Origin: Chrysomallon squamiferum
Taxonomy: Eukaryota > Animalia > Mollusca
Length of the DNA: 64,000 nucleotides
Direction: 5' to 3'
NCBI GenBank assembly: GCA_012295275.1
Contig: CM022668.1
Span: forward strand, 8,184,001 to 8,248,000
In this document: positions 1 to 12,932 of the stretch, piece by piece
How positions within the stretch are numbered: position 1 is the first letter of the stretch
How the letters are laid out: the number at the start of each line of letters is the position of its first letter
The notes under the pieces: model-generated
Told to the model about the DNA's origin: nothing
The model's input: the letters and a program-made list of their open reading frames with translations, nothing else
Databases searched by the model: none
Program-made: the position numbers and the translations under genes

Positions 1-12
1 ATATATAGCTGC

Positions 13-192
13 ATACTTAACATATTTCTGTATTATATTACACTGTTACAAAGAATGTTACTGTAATATATAGTAATATACTTAACATATTTCTGTTATA
101 TTTATAGTGTTATAAAGAATGTTACTGTAATATGTAGTAACATATTTAACATATTTCCTGTATTTATACTGTGTTATGAAGAATGTTACTTA
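13..192. repeat. ~65-bp tandem repeat, about 3 copies
   Basis: Recurrent ATACTTAACATATTTCTGT...AAAGAATGTTACTGTAATAT. Confidence 0.8.
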
Positions 193-1624
193 ATGATACA
201 CATTTATTTAATGCTTTTAGTTTATTACATAAATGTAGAGAACCTTGACTGTGTTAATGTGTATGTGTATGTCTGAGTGTGCATGCATACAGAGACAGAA
301 GAATAGGAGTATGGATTATATAATATTTAAAATCAGTGACATTGCTAAAGTAACTAAGGATGCAAGTAATGTATGGTGTACTTGTTCTAAGAAGCCACTT
401 GAGAAATGAAACACTATCCACCTGCCTTCTTTAGCTTAGTTAACTATTGGCTACAACTCAAACCAACCAACACTTAAGTTTTTTGTTAAAATAATATACA
501 AATTGTCTATCAAAGAACTATTCCAAAAAAAAAAAAAATAAAAAATAATAATAATAATAATAAAAAAAAAAAAAATAAAAGGAAGTAAAAAAAATAATAA
601 TAAAGAAATATGTAGAAAAAAAAAAAATAAAATAAAACAATAACATACATTATAGATGTGTTTTTATGATGTGTCTGGGTTATTCTTCTGCTTACATGTG
701 TTTGAATGTACTGTTTTATAATGTTTCCTTCCTTTCATTCTTCTTTTTCCTGCTTATTATCATATCAAATACAATTCAGACACTGTACAAATCAAACACA
801 AGTAAAATATCATTTAATTTTTACACACACACACACACACAAACTGTCTGTCTGTCTGACTGTGTGTCTTCTCTTTTTCTCTTTCTCTCTCTCTCTCTTG
901 CACACACCCACCCCCACACGCATACACATACTCTAATAAACACAGGAAACAATATCTCTGACAATTTATTTTCATGTTCACTAGACAAACATTGAAACAG
1001 ATTATAGAACCAGCTAATTAGCTCATGCTTCAGGATGGGATGTCCATGTAATTGCCAATATTTATTCATCTGTTTATTTAGAAATCTTCACAGCTACAAT
1101 GTCTGCATTACATTTGATATGATAACACTGTGACATGGGGCTAAAAAAAAAGATAATAAGGAAGGAAGCATTTTAAAACAATTGTTATATAGTGTTCTGT
1201 TTGATTTGCCTTATATTATCAGACACATTCAGTAACCACAGTATTTAAACTGAAAATGATGGGGATCTCAGTTTGCTTATTTCTTTTTGTGTTGTCATTG
1301 GTGTTATCACTGTTGTTGATTTGAAGTAGACATATTTTAAAATATTTTAAACAATATTTCATAATTTAATAAAAATTTGATTACAGACACTGATTGTTAT
1401 ACTGATTTCTATCCCTAATCAATTCCAAATAGCCATCTTATGTTCAAATAGTTTTTACCTGTACTCAAACCAAAATACCTCCCGACCCTACTTAAACCCA
1501 AATACCTATCTCCTGCTCACCACCCACAGACCTATAACCTAGTCAAACTAATTTTATCCTCTTGTATTAAAACTTATTTAAGATATCTAGAGAGAGATCT
1601 GATATCATTTGGTCTACTTAGTAG

Positions 1625-2145
1625 ACTCTACTACTATTCAAGATATATATTATTACAATACTTTAAGTTACTGATAAAATCTTAACATCACACAGTCACC
1701 TCCTCTGGATCTACTGCACTCAAGATATATACTACTTAAAGATAATAAATTATTAAAGAGAAAAGGATGTCTTAACATCCCCCAATCACCCTTCAAGATC
1801 TAGGCTACTGTGAATCAAGAAGTATAGCACTTTAAAATATTAAATTACAGAGGGCAGTTGGATGTCTAAACATCCCAAAGTCATCTCCTACAGCCACTGC
1901 TCCTCAAGAAACATTGTTAATATACTCTGTTACTCAAGGAGAGAAGGATGCATAAACATTCCACAATCAGTTCCCTGCATGTACTGCTGCTCAAGATAAA
2001 TTACTTTAACATACTAATTACAGAGGAATCATTTCTTTACATGTACTACTATTCAAGATAAACATTGCATTAAGATACTGTATTACTAGGGCAAAATCTT
2101 AACATTCCCCAAATCAGCCCCTAGATCAACTGCTACTGAAGATCT
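1625..2145. repeat. Decayed ~60-90-bp tandem array
   Basis: Recurrent CTACT(A/G)C..TCAAGATA...TCTTAACATC(C)C.CA(A/G)TCA blocks, about 7 copies. Confidence 0.7.
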
Positions 2146-3112
2146 GTGTTTAACTGCAAAAAAATACTTTCTGTGCACAGCAAGACTTGTTTTACCGCAG
2201 TTGTTATCTTTTTCCCAGTTTAAGAACTGTTATTCCTTCAACAAACATAATACATGTTAAAATTTGACCTTGGCAGTGAACTGAGAACAGGTAGAACAGT
2301 TTGATTGAAATATTTATCTTTATATCAGTTGATTTCTGTGGAACTTATAGCTTTATATTTGGCTTATGTGTTAATACATATTTGTCTGTGTGTGTATGTG
2401 TGTGTCTGTGTGTGTGCACACATACATCACTTCTTTATGTGTGTAAAAAAAAAAAAGATGAAAAAAGATATCTTACATGTAGAATGTATTAGTATCACTA
2501 AAACATTCTAATATATGAAGTCAAAAGATAAAACTAAAAGAAGTAGTTAAAGTATATTTCAGTTAACTGTTTTTCATCAACAAAGTCTTTAATGTAAAAT
2601 TCCTCATTGACATTTTAAAATAAAATAAATTAAGTCGTGTGCTAAACAAACTTGGTTAAAACTGGACAAATATAAACTTGCACTGAAAGCCTTCCCCCAC
2701 TCCCGGTGAACCTAGACAGGATAGTATGAAGTGATGTAGATTAAACTAACTCACCTGTCATCGTTAAACCTATCTCACAGGTAGATATAAACTCAGGTCA
2801 CGACCAATAAGTAAATTTGTAGAAAATTCACAGTAAAAATATTTATGTTTAGATTTTATTACCTTTTTGTTAATATTTTCTTTTTACCTCTACATTTTCT
2901 AGATGATTTATTTTAGTGTTGCAAGTTAAATGATGCATAATATAATCCTATCACTTTGAGCTATAAAAAAGAATAATAAAATAGTAATAGTAGTAATAAC
3001 AACAATGATATTAATAAAAAGAATAAAAATAATAATATGCAAAGATAAAGAGTAGTGAAATGATAATCTTCAGAATGTAAACTTAGCTGTTATATAGGGT
3101 GACAATTTCCAT

Positions 3113-3113
<1 letters not shown>

Positions 3114-3172
<59 letters not shown>
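3114..3172. repeat. (CA)n microsatellite
   Basis: Perfect dinucleotide run. Confidence 0.97.
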
Positions 3173-3174
<2 letters not shown>

Positions 3175-4254
3175 AAAAACATTTTGACACATTCAAAAAT
3201 GCACACTCTCTCTCTCTCTCATATACACATATACTTACACAAAATAAGTCAAACCATGCACAAATAATTTTACCCACTAAAAACTGTACCTGTTCTTTGC
3301 CAAGCCTAAGAAGTTTCAAAAGATGTGACTGTGAAACTCCCATATTTTTAAAATTATCCAAAATTCTGCAAAATATCTCCTGTATTCTGTCTAAACCTGC
3401 CAACAACAACTGCATGAAATTTTTGTATTGTTTTACTGATTCACTGTTGTGTGTAAGTATGAATTTCCTGAAATGTATCCAGTTATAGCATTCATAACAA
3501 CACAGACAGCTGATAAAAGGATATTTTTGTATGTATACTTGAAGGTTTCAAGCATACTTGAATGAAACGTACTGAAAATAACGTAGGTATAAAAATAATA
3601 ACGTAGTACTTTCCTTCTTAAATATTACCATATATGTATAATAATAATAATTTTAAAATATTATTATTTAGATTTTTATTTCAAATTTTAATAAGAATAC
3701 ACGTGTTCTTGGATAAATGCATCTACCAAAAACAGACATTGTTATATATTGATCAGGCTAAGTTTTGCTTAGTGAAGATTTATATTACTAATTCATTCTT
3801 CATACTCATTTCAGAATTCTTTGATTTGACAAGTGTTTTATCATTATTATTTTTTTTTTAAATGATAAGTTGCATAACTAGCTATTTATGGAAGGTTCTT
3901 TCATTTTGTCTTTTTGTCTTTATGCATAATTTATAAGAAAACCTCATATACATTAATTCTGTAATAATTCTGTAATAAGTATTTAAATAAATATTATAAT
4001 TCTGTCATATATATTTACATAAATTTTATGATTCTCATCATTTTGTCATATATATTTACATATATTATCCAGCTGGTTCAGTGTCTCAAATTGTATATTC
4101 TGCAATATACACATATGCTTTCCAGGACTAGTATACCGAATTTTGAGAAAAACCTCAATTTTGCATTTAACAAGTTAATAATAATAGTAATAACAAAAAT
4201 AGTAATAAGTAAATGAATAATAACAGTATGAAGATAATGTTAGTTCCAAATACT

Positions 4255-4285
<31 letters not shown>

Positions 4286-5515
4286 GATAATAAAAAGGAA
4301 GATATAAAAGGAGGTGATATTACAAATAGTAAGTGAAAGATGTAATCAAGAAGGATTAAGTAAAAAAACAACGTGAATGAGTGATGAGAAATGCAAATAG
4401 CAGATAGAGAGACAGATAAGTAGAGTGAATCACTGAAAGAATGGAAAAAATGAAGCATGAAAGAGAATGAGAATGAGAAAAAATGCACAAGTAAACACAC
4501 GTCAGAATGAATAGCATATAAAACCAGAAGAAAAGACAAGAAAACAGAAAGATAAACAGGCAGACAGTATTTATTTATGTATCTATTTTATCTGTAATAT
4601 ATCTTTATTTCTATCAGATATGTATTTAATTTTATCTGACATGTTTAAAACTACATCTAACATGGCTGCCATCACAAGCCATAATTACATGAGAAAATGT
4701 TGTGTGTAAATAAATGTTACTCTCCATCACTCAAGGTTATAGGAACAGACACAACCTTGAACATGCTAGAAAATAGCAAATATACTATTAATGAAGCAGT
4801 GACTGTTCTGTTTATATAATAAACCACCTTTACAGATGGAATTAAAATTATTATTTTGTATATATATGTACAATTTAAAAATAAATTCACTCATTTCTTT
4901 TTTTTTCTTTTGTGTTATCATTTTTTGTATTGTCAACAATAAAAATGATAAACCAAACATCACCTTTAATAGGACATTTCTTAATTTTACAAGGGATAAA
5001 ATATCAGTTATTTGTTCAAAATAATTTTAAAAGTTTAGTAACAAGACTTCCATAACATATATGTTATTCTGCACCAAATTGAAAACTGAATTTGAAAAAT
5101 TTCAAGTAATATACTTGTATGTTGCTATGTGCACTTCAAATTATGAAAAATATTTTTAAATCAATGAATAGCTGCAATTAAGTATATACAGAGAAACTGA
5201 ATATACCCTCTCTGTTAACTATTATTATCAAATCATCTGCAGGAAATTTAAATTTAAAAAAAAGGTCATGTAGAATGTAAAATACTGAAACAAACCAAAT
5301 CTCTCTCTTCTGTTCAGTAAACATACTTCTAGGGAAAACAGTATATCTAAATTCTGAAATATCTACATTTTAATAATGTGTTGAAATGAAATCTCTACCA
5401 TGGTTACTGTTATTATCTGAATAACATCTGAATGGCCAATCTGTGTTTAGAATTAAGATTAGTAAAGTATTATTTAAAACTGAAATGGAATATTTTTGTA
5501 TCAAATTAAATATAC

Positions 5516-5566
5516 CTCCTGCTCACTGCTCCCACCACTAGAATCGTGTGAATGGACATCTCCCAT
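5516..5566 (-). CDS. Candidate alternative first coding exon (MGDVHSHDSSGGSSEQE) at the end of a ~1-kb putative 5' exon
   Basis: Kozak-like AAG-ATG-G, upstream in-frame TAA, GAG|GTATAT donor in phase 0; upstream 5567-6500 is complex, UTR-like sequence ending at a TATA box. Confidence 0.6.
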
Positions 5567-6359
5567 CTTTGTTTAGTTGTACCAGCTTTTCACTGACAAC
5601 ATTAACATAGACAAATCAGCTACATCCACACACAGCAGCAGCAACAACAACATCAACCATTTCTGCTACCTCCCGAAATAACTCTGTGTTTCAGACATTC
5701 ACCTTTGACCAGAAAATTTTCAGCTAAAAGCATGTTATTTACAAATATTTTCAAGAAAATTTCACACATCTGCTTAGCACATCACTTCCACAGACCTGCG
5801 TCTGCTCTTCTCTTTTTTATTACGTCTGCTACATTCAAGTTCGTTTTGCTACGTAATATACAAGTGTTTGTTTGTCTGCTCTGCTTATAATTTTCTGCTG
5901 CTTAATTCCACATCAACACTGTTGATTTCAGAATAGCCAGAGGAACATGCAACAGCTACTACATCCAGTTATATCAAGCCATTTCTTCTGCCCTCTCCTA
6001 TCAACGTGCTGCAAATTATTTCTGCTTTTTACCAAAGTTGCTTCAAATGAAGACCAAGTCGTTTTCTTTGCACAGATGATATATTTCAGCCAAGTTTACA
6101 CTCAACCAGCAGCCCCTGACTAAATAACACTTGTCTGCCATTTCCCTTGTCTTATGTTAAATAGCCTAACCTTCTAAGAAGAGCACCTCCTTCACTCTGA
6201 GTAGTAGTAATAACAACAAATACAGCAACCAATAAAATCACACAACACTAGACTTAATCAGACACTGGAAGTTACAGTCCTTTTTGTTTTTTAAATACAT
6301 ATGTTTCTGTATCTACCACCATCCTCTGTTTAGAGGTTTTAAATCTGTGACACTTAAAT

Positions 6360-6560
6360 ACTGATCGTTTCTGCGATTAATAGTTAAGAATGAGCAGAAT
6401 ATGATGAGAATTAAGTCCAGTCCTAGCTGAATGGCGGAAAGCAGACCAGAATGCGAGTTGCAGACATGGGCAGCAAGCAAGCCGTAATTTGATGAACGTT
6501 CTTCGTGCTATTTATAGCAGAAGTCAGTGGCAGGCAGGCGTCTTGGGTCCAGTCAAACAG
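6360..6560 (-). promoter_or_regulatory. Candidate internal promoter with overlapping TATA box and MEF2 site (CTATAAATAG, 6517-6508)
   Basis: Minus-strand GCTATAAATAGC is both a TATAAATA box and a perfect CTA(A/T)4TAG MEF2 consensus; about 8 CpG in about 190 bp against a CpG-poor background. Confidence 0.5.
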
Positions 6561-7230
6561 TAGGCTGTTAGAGCAAGTAAAATATACTCCACAGTTACAG
6601 GAAAAATACTTCTACAAAACACCATAATGTTATCAGCATCTTTGTATCTGAATCCATTTTTGTACAAGCTGATAACATCTCCAAAGTAGAAATCTATATT
6701 TACAATCTGTCTGCCTGTCTGTCTGTCTGTCTGTCAGTCTGTATTCTCTTTCTCTCACTCTTTTTCTGCTTTATTTATATATATTACTAAAACACGGTTT
6801 TTGAAATTAAATACAATAACATTTTTATTAAAAAAATTCTGTTTATCAAATGTGTTTTATAACCCCAGAAATATACACCATTAAAGCATCAAAATATCTA
6901 TAATATGACTTTATAACCAAACTATGTAAAATTCATTCTACTTTAAATTGTTTAGCTTTACAATAACATCATTTACAAATCAATTAAATTTGTTATAGCA
7001 ACAATAAATATAAATATAGGTTTCAATAAATCGATAAAAATAAAATGTACCCCAATATGTCTGCCTATAAAATGATGTCTGCTGTAAATGAAAAAAAAAC
7101 TTAGTTTCTTTCTAGTAACAAAAATTAGAAAAATATCAGACAAATAAAAAACACATTCTCATCCTTGTTTTTTTCTCAGAAAGTAATCATTTAGCTATTA
7201 ATGCTAATTTAAAATAGCAGTTGTCCATCA

Positions 7231-7374
7231 CACACACACACACACACAAACACACACACGAACAAAGATAAAAAAAAATAAACATTAAAAATAGATATAA
7301 AATTAGTATGAACACACACACACAGACGTACAAAGATAAAAAAATAAATAAACATTAAAAATAGATATAAAATT
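7231..7374. repeat. Short tandem duplication containing a (CA)n tract
   Basis: CACAC..ACG.ACAAAGATAAAAAA..AATAAACATTAAAAATAGATATAAAATT occurs twice. Confidence 0.8.
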
Positions 7375-8711
7375 TTCTGACACTTTTATGTCACATAAAT
7401 ACACTATCTCTTCAACTTTCTTTGCCCAGCTTTCTAATCCTATAGACACCTAAATGTTGTTCATTTTCTGTATATGATGGTCATAGATTTCAATCTCTGA
7501 CATCTAGTTTAGATATCATAATTATCAGAAACTCAAATTAAGTTCAAAGTTCAAGAGTCAGTAAAATTTTGTGTTTATTCTTAAATGTTTTCAAAATGCT
7601 GCTATTATTTTGTAAAAAAAACAAAACAAAAAACAAAACAACTATAATAATAGATACATTTTATGCTGAGATAATATATATGAAATTTAAAAAATAATAG
7701 TAATAATAATAATAATATTTAAAAAAATGGTTGTAAAATATGATTTCTGGAGCATGTATAAACTATAGTGTTTATTGAAGACTGGTTTGTCAGAATTTTA
7801 CAGTTTTGAGATCTTTGGTTCCAGTGTATGCGTTATAAAGTGATGGCCTCTAAGAGAGAAAGGTTGCAAACAGGAAGAGAAGTGTCTGAAGTGGAACATA
7901 AATAGGTTCAGAGACAGAGGGTAAAGGAAAAAGAAAAAAAAGAGAGAGAGAGAAGACCCTAACCCAAGAGAGACTTTATTATTAGATACATTATTAGCAA
8001 CGTCAACATATATATATATTAATCCAACATGATAATAACATTAAACTAAAATAATATTTATCATTTAACCCAGAATCTTACCACACAGATATTTAATATT
8101 CAGAAACTTAGTTTGTCAAGTTTCACACTGAAGACAGGCAGGCTGTACTTTAAAAAGTTTAAACACTGTACAATTAGTATGAACAATTTAATGCTGTCTG
8201 TGGTCGGTAAAAATATACACATCATTTGAGCTTAATTTAATTTTCACCTAAGACATCAATGCTCCTTATCTCATTAGCTGGTAGCAGACTTTACATTCTG
8301 GTTACGGCAGGTGAGTGAAAAACTGCATATGGTTAAATACTCCAGTAAGTAAAGATATCTTCTTTTCTCTTTTAATTGTTTAAGACTTTGTTGGATAGTA
8401 TTGTGTATTGAAATGATATGGATTAGTACAAGAGGATTAATGTAAATTATTAAAAAACACAGCTTATTTAATTCCTGATTAATGATGTCGTAAGTTTTTT
8501 CATAATATTTATATACATTGATTTTAAATCAGTGTTAAGAGGAATCTTGTTCTGATGTGACAGTTACAATGCTTTTATAGCAATAATAAAATTATAAATG
8601 AGTTTGACTACACAATTTTTCCAATGTGTCTATATTTGTTTTTGATTCTCTCTTTTTATCATTATCTTTGTATGTCTGTCTCAATATATTTACATATGTA
8701 TGTGTGTGTAA

Positions 8712-8712
<1 letters not shown>

Positions 8713-8776
<64 letters not shown>
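8713..8776. repeat. (TG)n microsatellite
   Basis: Perfect dinucleotide run. Confidence 0.97.
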
Positions 8777-8778
<2 letters not shown>

Positions 8779-9256
8779 TGAGTGAAAAAAGAAATACATA
8801 TGTTATGTTCCAGAATATTTAAAAATAATTAATAATGAGCAGATAATGGTGACAATTTAAATAATAGAAAAATATAAATGAATTATAAATATCAAAGGTT
8901 AGTCTGAAGTAGGTAAACTAACGTCACAGATAAAACTCGTTATGTAAAGTTAAAATAGAAGGATAAAACAAATCCATCACTATCATATATATTGCATTAA
9001 GTAAAATAATTGGTTTGGAAAAGTACACTGTATTTGTAATGACTAAATATTCACTGTACCTGTCTATTTCATATAATAATAATGAAATAAACATAATGTG
9101 ATGATAATAATGATTGTGATAGTGGTGGTGGTAACAGTGACTACAATGATGATAATGTTGAAGTAGCTGAATCTGTTAACAAAGATTTTCATATATAAAA
9201 AATTGTAAATGATGTCAGTATAGTAGATGTTATCTTAATAATAATAATAATAATAA

Positions 9257-9294
<38 letters not shown>

Positions 9295-9365
9295 CAACAA
9301 CAACAGTAACAGTGATAAATAAATATATAATTTAAATAATGATAAATAAAGAGTCTAGAGCTTAC

Positions 9366-9554
9366 CAAGCTGTCTCTGGATGAGGCTGCATAAGGACGAC
9401 AACTTTCAGGAAACTCTTCAGGTTCTGCGACAACACAAGAACACAGTTTAGCCATAGACATCTTGTGCCTTCCTTTCTTGTATCTCTTGCCCAACATAAC
9501 TTTTATCAAAAGATGTAACCAGAGCTCTAGTGACGATAGAATCGCACCAGGCAT
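9366..9554 (-). CDS. Candidate alternative first coding exon of a GEF2-only Trio isoform (MPGAIL...MLGKRYKKGRHKMSMAKLCSCVVAEPEEFPESCRPYAASSRDSL)
   Basis: Complex, GC-richer open frame with several ATGs and an upstream in-frame TGA; TTG|GTAAGC donor in phase 0 (same as the 31865 exon), followed abruptly by an intronic (TTA)n tract. Confidence 0.65.
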
Positions 9555-11859
9555 TCTGGGAACATTAACAGAACATCAAATGCTGGTTTCACCTCTTTTT
9601 CTCCATCCAGTATATAAATTTTTTAACCATCTATACTGTATGTTCTGTGGGCAGGTTTTGAACCTAAGACCTTTGTTGAAATATCTGCCCTCACCATAAG
9701 ATGAAGATGTTTTATTTCGCTGTATTATTTAAAAAAAAAGATTATATATAAATCCAATATGTACATAACAAAAAATGATATTTGTTTTAATTTATGTGAA
9801 AAGAATTCCAATGTTTTGCATCTTGATACTGGTCCAGTTCACTGGTGTTTTTGTTGTTTTATTTTTAATTGTAAAAGAATCTAAATCAAAGCTTCCACTT
9901 TCAGGTTCTAAACCAAAATCACTTTGGAATTACAGAGCAACATATAAAATCTCAGTCTGCATTATAGGTTGAAGAGTTTTGGTTATAGTATATACAAGAA
10001 TTTTTGTGCATAAAAAACCCCCAGATTATGTTTCTGTTAATTCATGGAAGCAGGATTCCTGTTTTATCCATCTTTATCTAGGTTTTTCTGGAGCATCTAA
10101 ATTATTGAATCTTCATGCATATTTTCACCCAAAGACATTTCACAAACTCAGCCAACATTTTATAAAACATCCAGATGATGCGTATTTTGATTCTGAAAGA
10201 CTATTAGTTACATGTACATATTATACATGTAAATACACAAATGTAGTTAATCTCTGTAAGAAGAACTGCACAATATCAAGTGTGTAGACTTGTGTTGGTG
10301 TAGATTCTTGTAACTGTAAAACATGTACTCAAACAGTTTCTTGTTGTCATTTCTGAATCTCTGATTTCACAATTCTCTACTAGGTTTCTGGTATCTGATT
10401 TTCAAACACTGATCTGAAAATGGATTTTATACTGCAACTACAAAATATTTCTTCTTATTCATAACATCTCAGTAGATTTTATTCAGCAGCTTTTTTCAAT
10501 GTTTTTTATGTTATATGCATAATTCTTCAATTGCTAGTGTATCTCTTTTTTCAATATATTTATGCTACATTATAGTTCAATAAATTTTGATATTGCTGTC
10601 TCTCTTTATACTGTTTCATGCTGTACCAACACAATATTTTAATTTGTTTGTGATTTTTGTATAGTCTTTTAATCCAAACTTGAATTAATTTAATACTGAT
10701 AAAAACAATATTTTAAAGGATCTTACAATCTCAACAGATTTTAAAAAAATTATTCTTTAGTACTAAATAAGTTTTATATTGTTGCTGCATAATATTTATA
10801 CTAATTTTAATTAATAATAATTATTATTTTAAACTTAAGTTTTACTGATAGTTCAAAAATATTTTAAACTGAATTAATTTTCAACCAATTTAACACTAAA
10901 TTTAATATTGTTTTGCCAATTAGTTGTTTTTTTCTGTCTTCTTTTCTTGTTTTTTTAATTATTTTAATTTTATTCTCCTTATATTGTCTATACTACTAAA
11001 CCAAATAAAGTCTTTCACCTTTGGAAATCAATCTAGCAGATCCAAGATTTAATGTTGTTGAGCTTGCGTTTTTCACACCAGTATCTGTTTTAAATACAAG
11101 AACACAAACACTGTCCTAGGAATGTTGGTTTATACAAGACCAGTAACCATAGATCTGAAATCTCTGCTGCATTGCCCATGGTCACTTATGTTACATGTAT
11201 ATATTTTGACAAAACTTTCAGTATATCCGTTCCAGAATGGCTCCATTGAGGTGTTGAGCTATACAGAGAAAAAGAACAGCATGTAGTTACCAACATAGCC
11301 TTTACATTGATTATTACCATTACATTAACAAAAGAAGTTTTAAACCTTCTGAAGTCATCTAGCAATACACTGCACTCTCTGGTAACTTTATCTTAGTAAA
11401 ATTTAGGGCAACTTCTGAAACAACTAGCAGCATATTGCACTCTCTAGTAAAATGACCCAAACAACAATTTCACCTAAAGTTGACATAATACAGTCTTGGA
11501 ATAATATACCTTAAACCATGAAATACAACTTCTAATGTCAACTAGCTTTTTTCTTTTTGCATGTAGCACTTTCTCATAACATCATCTGTCTACAATTTTA
11601 TATAAGTAGGATTAAAATTATCCAAGAAACTGAAGAAATCTAGCTAAAACACTATACATTTTATATATTTTAAAAACTTGACTGTGTGCTGTATTTATTA
11701 TGAAGGAATACATAACCTATATATTGCACTTTCTGTTCAATCCAAAATTGTATCATTCTTTTATCACTTTTAGCTTAATCCAACCTTTATGAATTAACCT
11801 GTACACTGTACACTCAAATCTTTTAAATATACTCTGTTAGTTTACAACTTTCTAAAATC

Positions 11860-12760
11860 AAATAATGAATTCCAAGAATTTTCTATGATGCCAAAATTAC
11901 TGGACAAGTACATCATAATTTTTATATAATCCAAATTACTTTTATTTTTATATAATCCAAATACTAAGAGATTTGAAAATTTGATTAAATTACAGTAAGG
12001 TTTAAAAAGTTTTGTAAGTAGGAGCAGATTAATCTAGCTATTTCATTCTCTATTTAAACCATTCTTACAATCTGCCCAGCATTTACAGACTGATAATCTA
12101 CATAAATTCATCTAAACCATGTTCTGCTTATGTTCATAATCTAAAATCTCATTTAAACTAGATAATTGTAATCCACGAAATAACAATCTACATAATCCAA
12201 AAAATCATCCAAACCATTCTCTGGTCATCTATATAACCTAGAACTATATTTAGACATATTTAAAGCAGATTATTTGTAATCCAAGAATTTGTAGAATACC
12301 CAGTTCTAATAACTATAACTGTACAGTTTAAAAAAACAATTTAACCATTGTAAATTAGCCTCTAAACCAGATTATTTTAATTCAGGTATTTAGTTCAGTG
12401 ACAGTGGTCTGCCAATACACTGCTACCTCTGACTGCCAATACAATCTACATGATCTGTAACTTCAACTAATTGTTATCCAAGTTTAATTAAACATTAGAA
12501 CCATGTATTTTGATACAACCATGAAACTGTACTTTAATCATTTATGTATAAACTTTATCAATACCAAATTACTGTAATCCAAGAATCTGTTGGAATACTG
12601 AAGTCATGCAGCAACTGCTTGGTTAATCTAGATGAACATCATCAAGTCAGATTAATGTAATCCAAGAATCTGTTAGAACCTTGAAGTCACATAGCAAGGA
12701 CTTGGTAATCTAAATCTCAAAATGATGAAAGAGTATTGTAATACAACAGTTTGTTAAGAC
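11860..12760. repeat. Highly decayed tandem array
   Basis: Recurrent TAATCCAAGAAT / TAATCCAAA and AAACCATT motifs. Confidence 0.5.
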
Positions 12761-12894
12761 ATGTTCCCAACTAGATTTTGTTTCAGAATGCCTCGATATG
12801 GACTGAACAGATATGTTCTGTATCATTTATTATCTTCTTAATAGCTTCTTTAATCTTTTTTACTTTTTAAGTATGGAAGATAACATTATCTACC

Positions 12895-12932
<38 letters not shown>

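Noticed and set aside
666-5024. ORF-track frames rich in HT, CV, SL, F or L runs (also 14653-15015, 20186-20443, 23095-23286, 29565-29825, 33935-34502, 49053-49342, 50279-50599)
   Set aside because: They are translations of (CA)n, (GA)n, (AAT)n and A/T tracts with no domain-like content.
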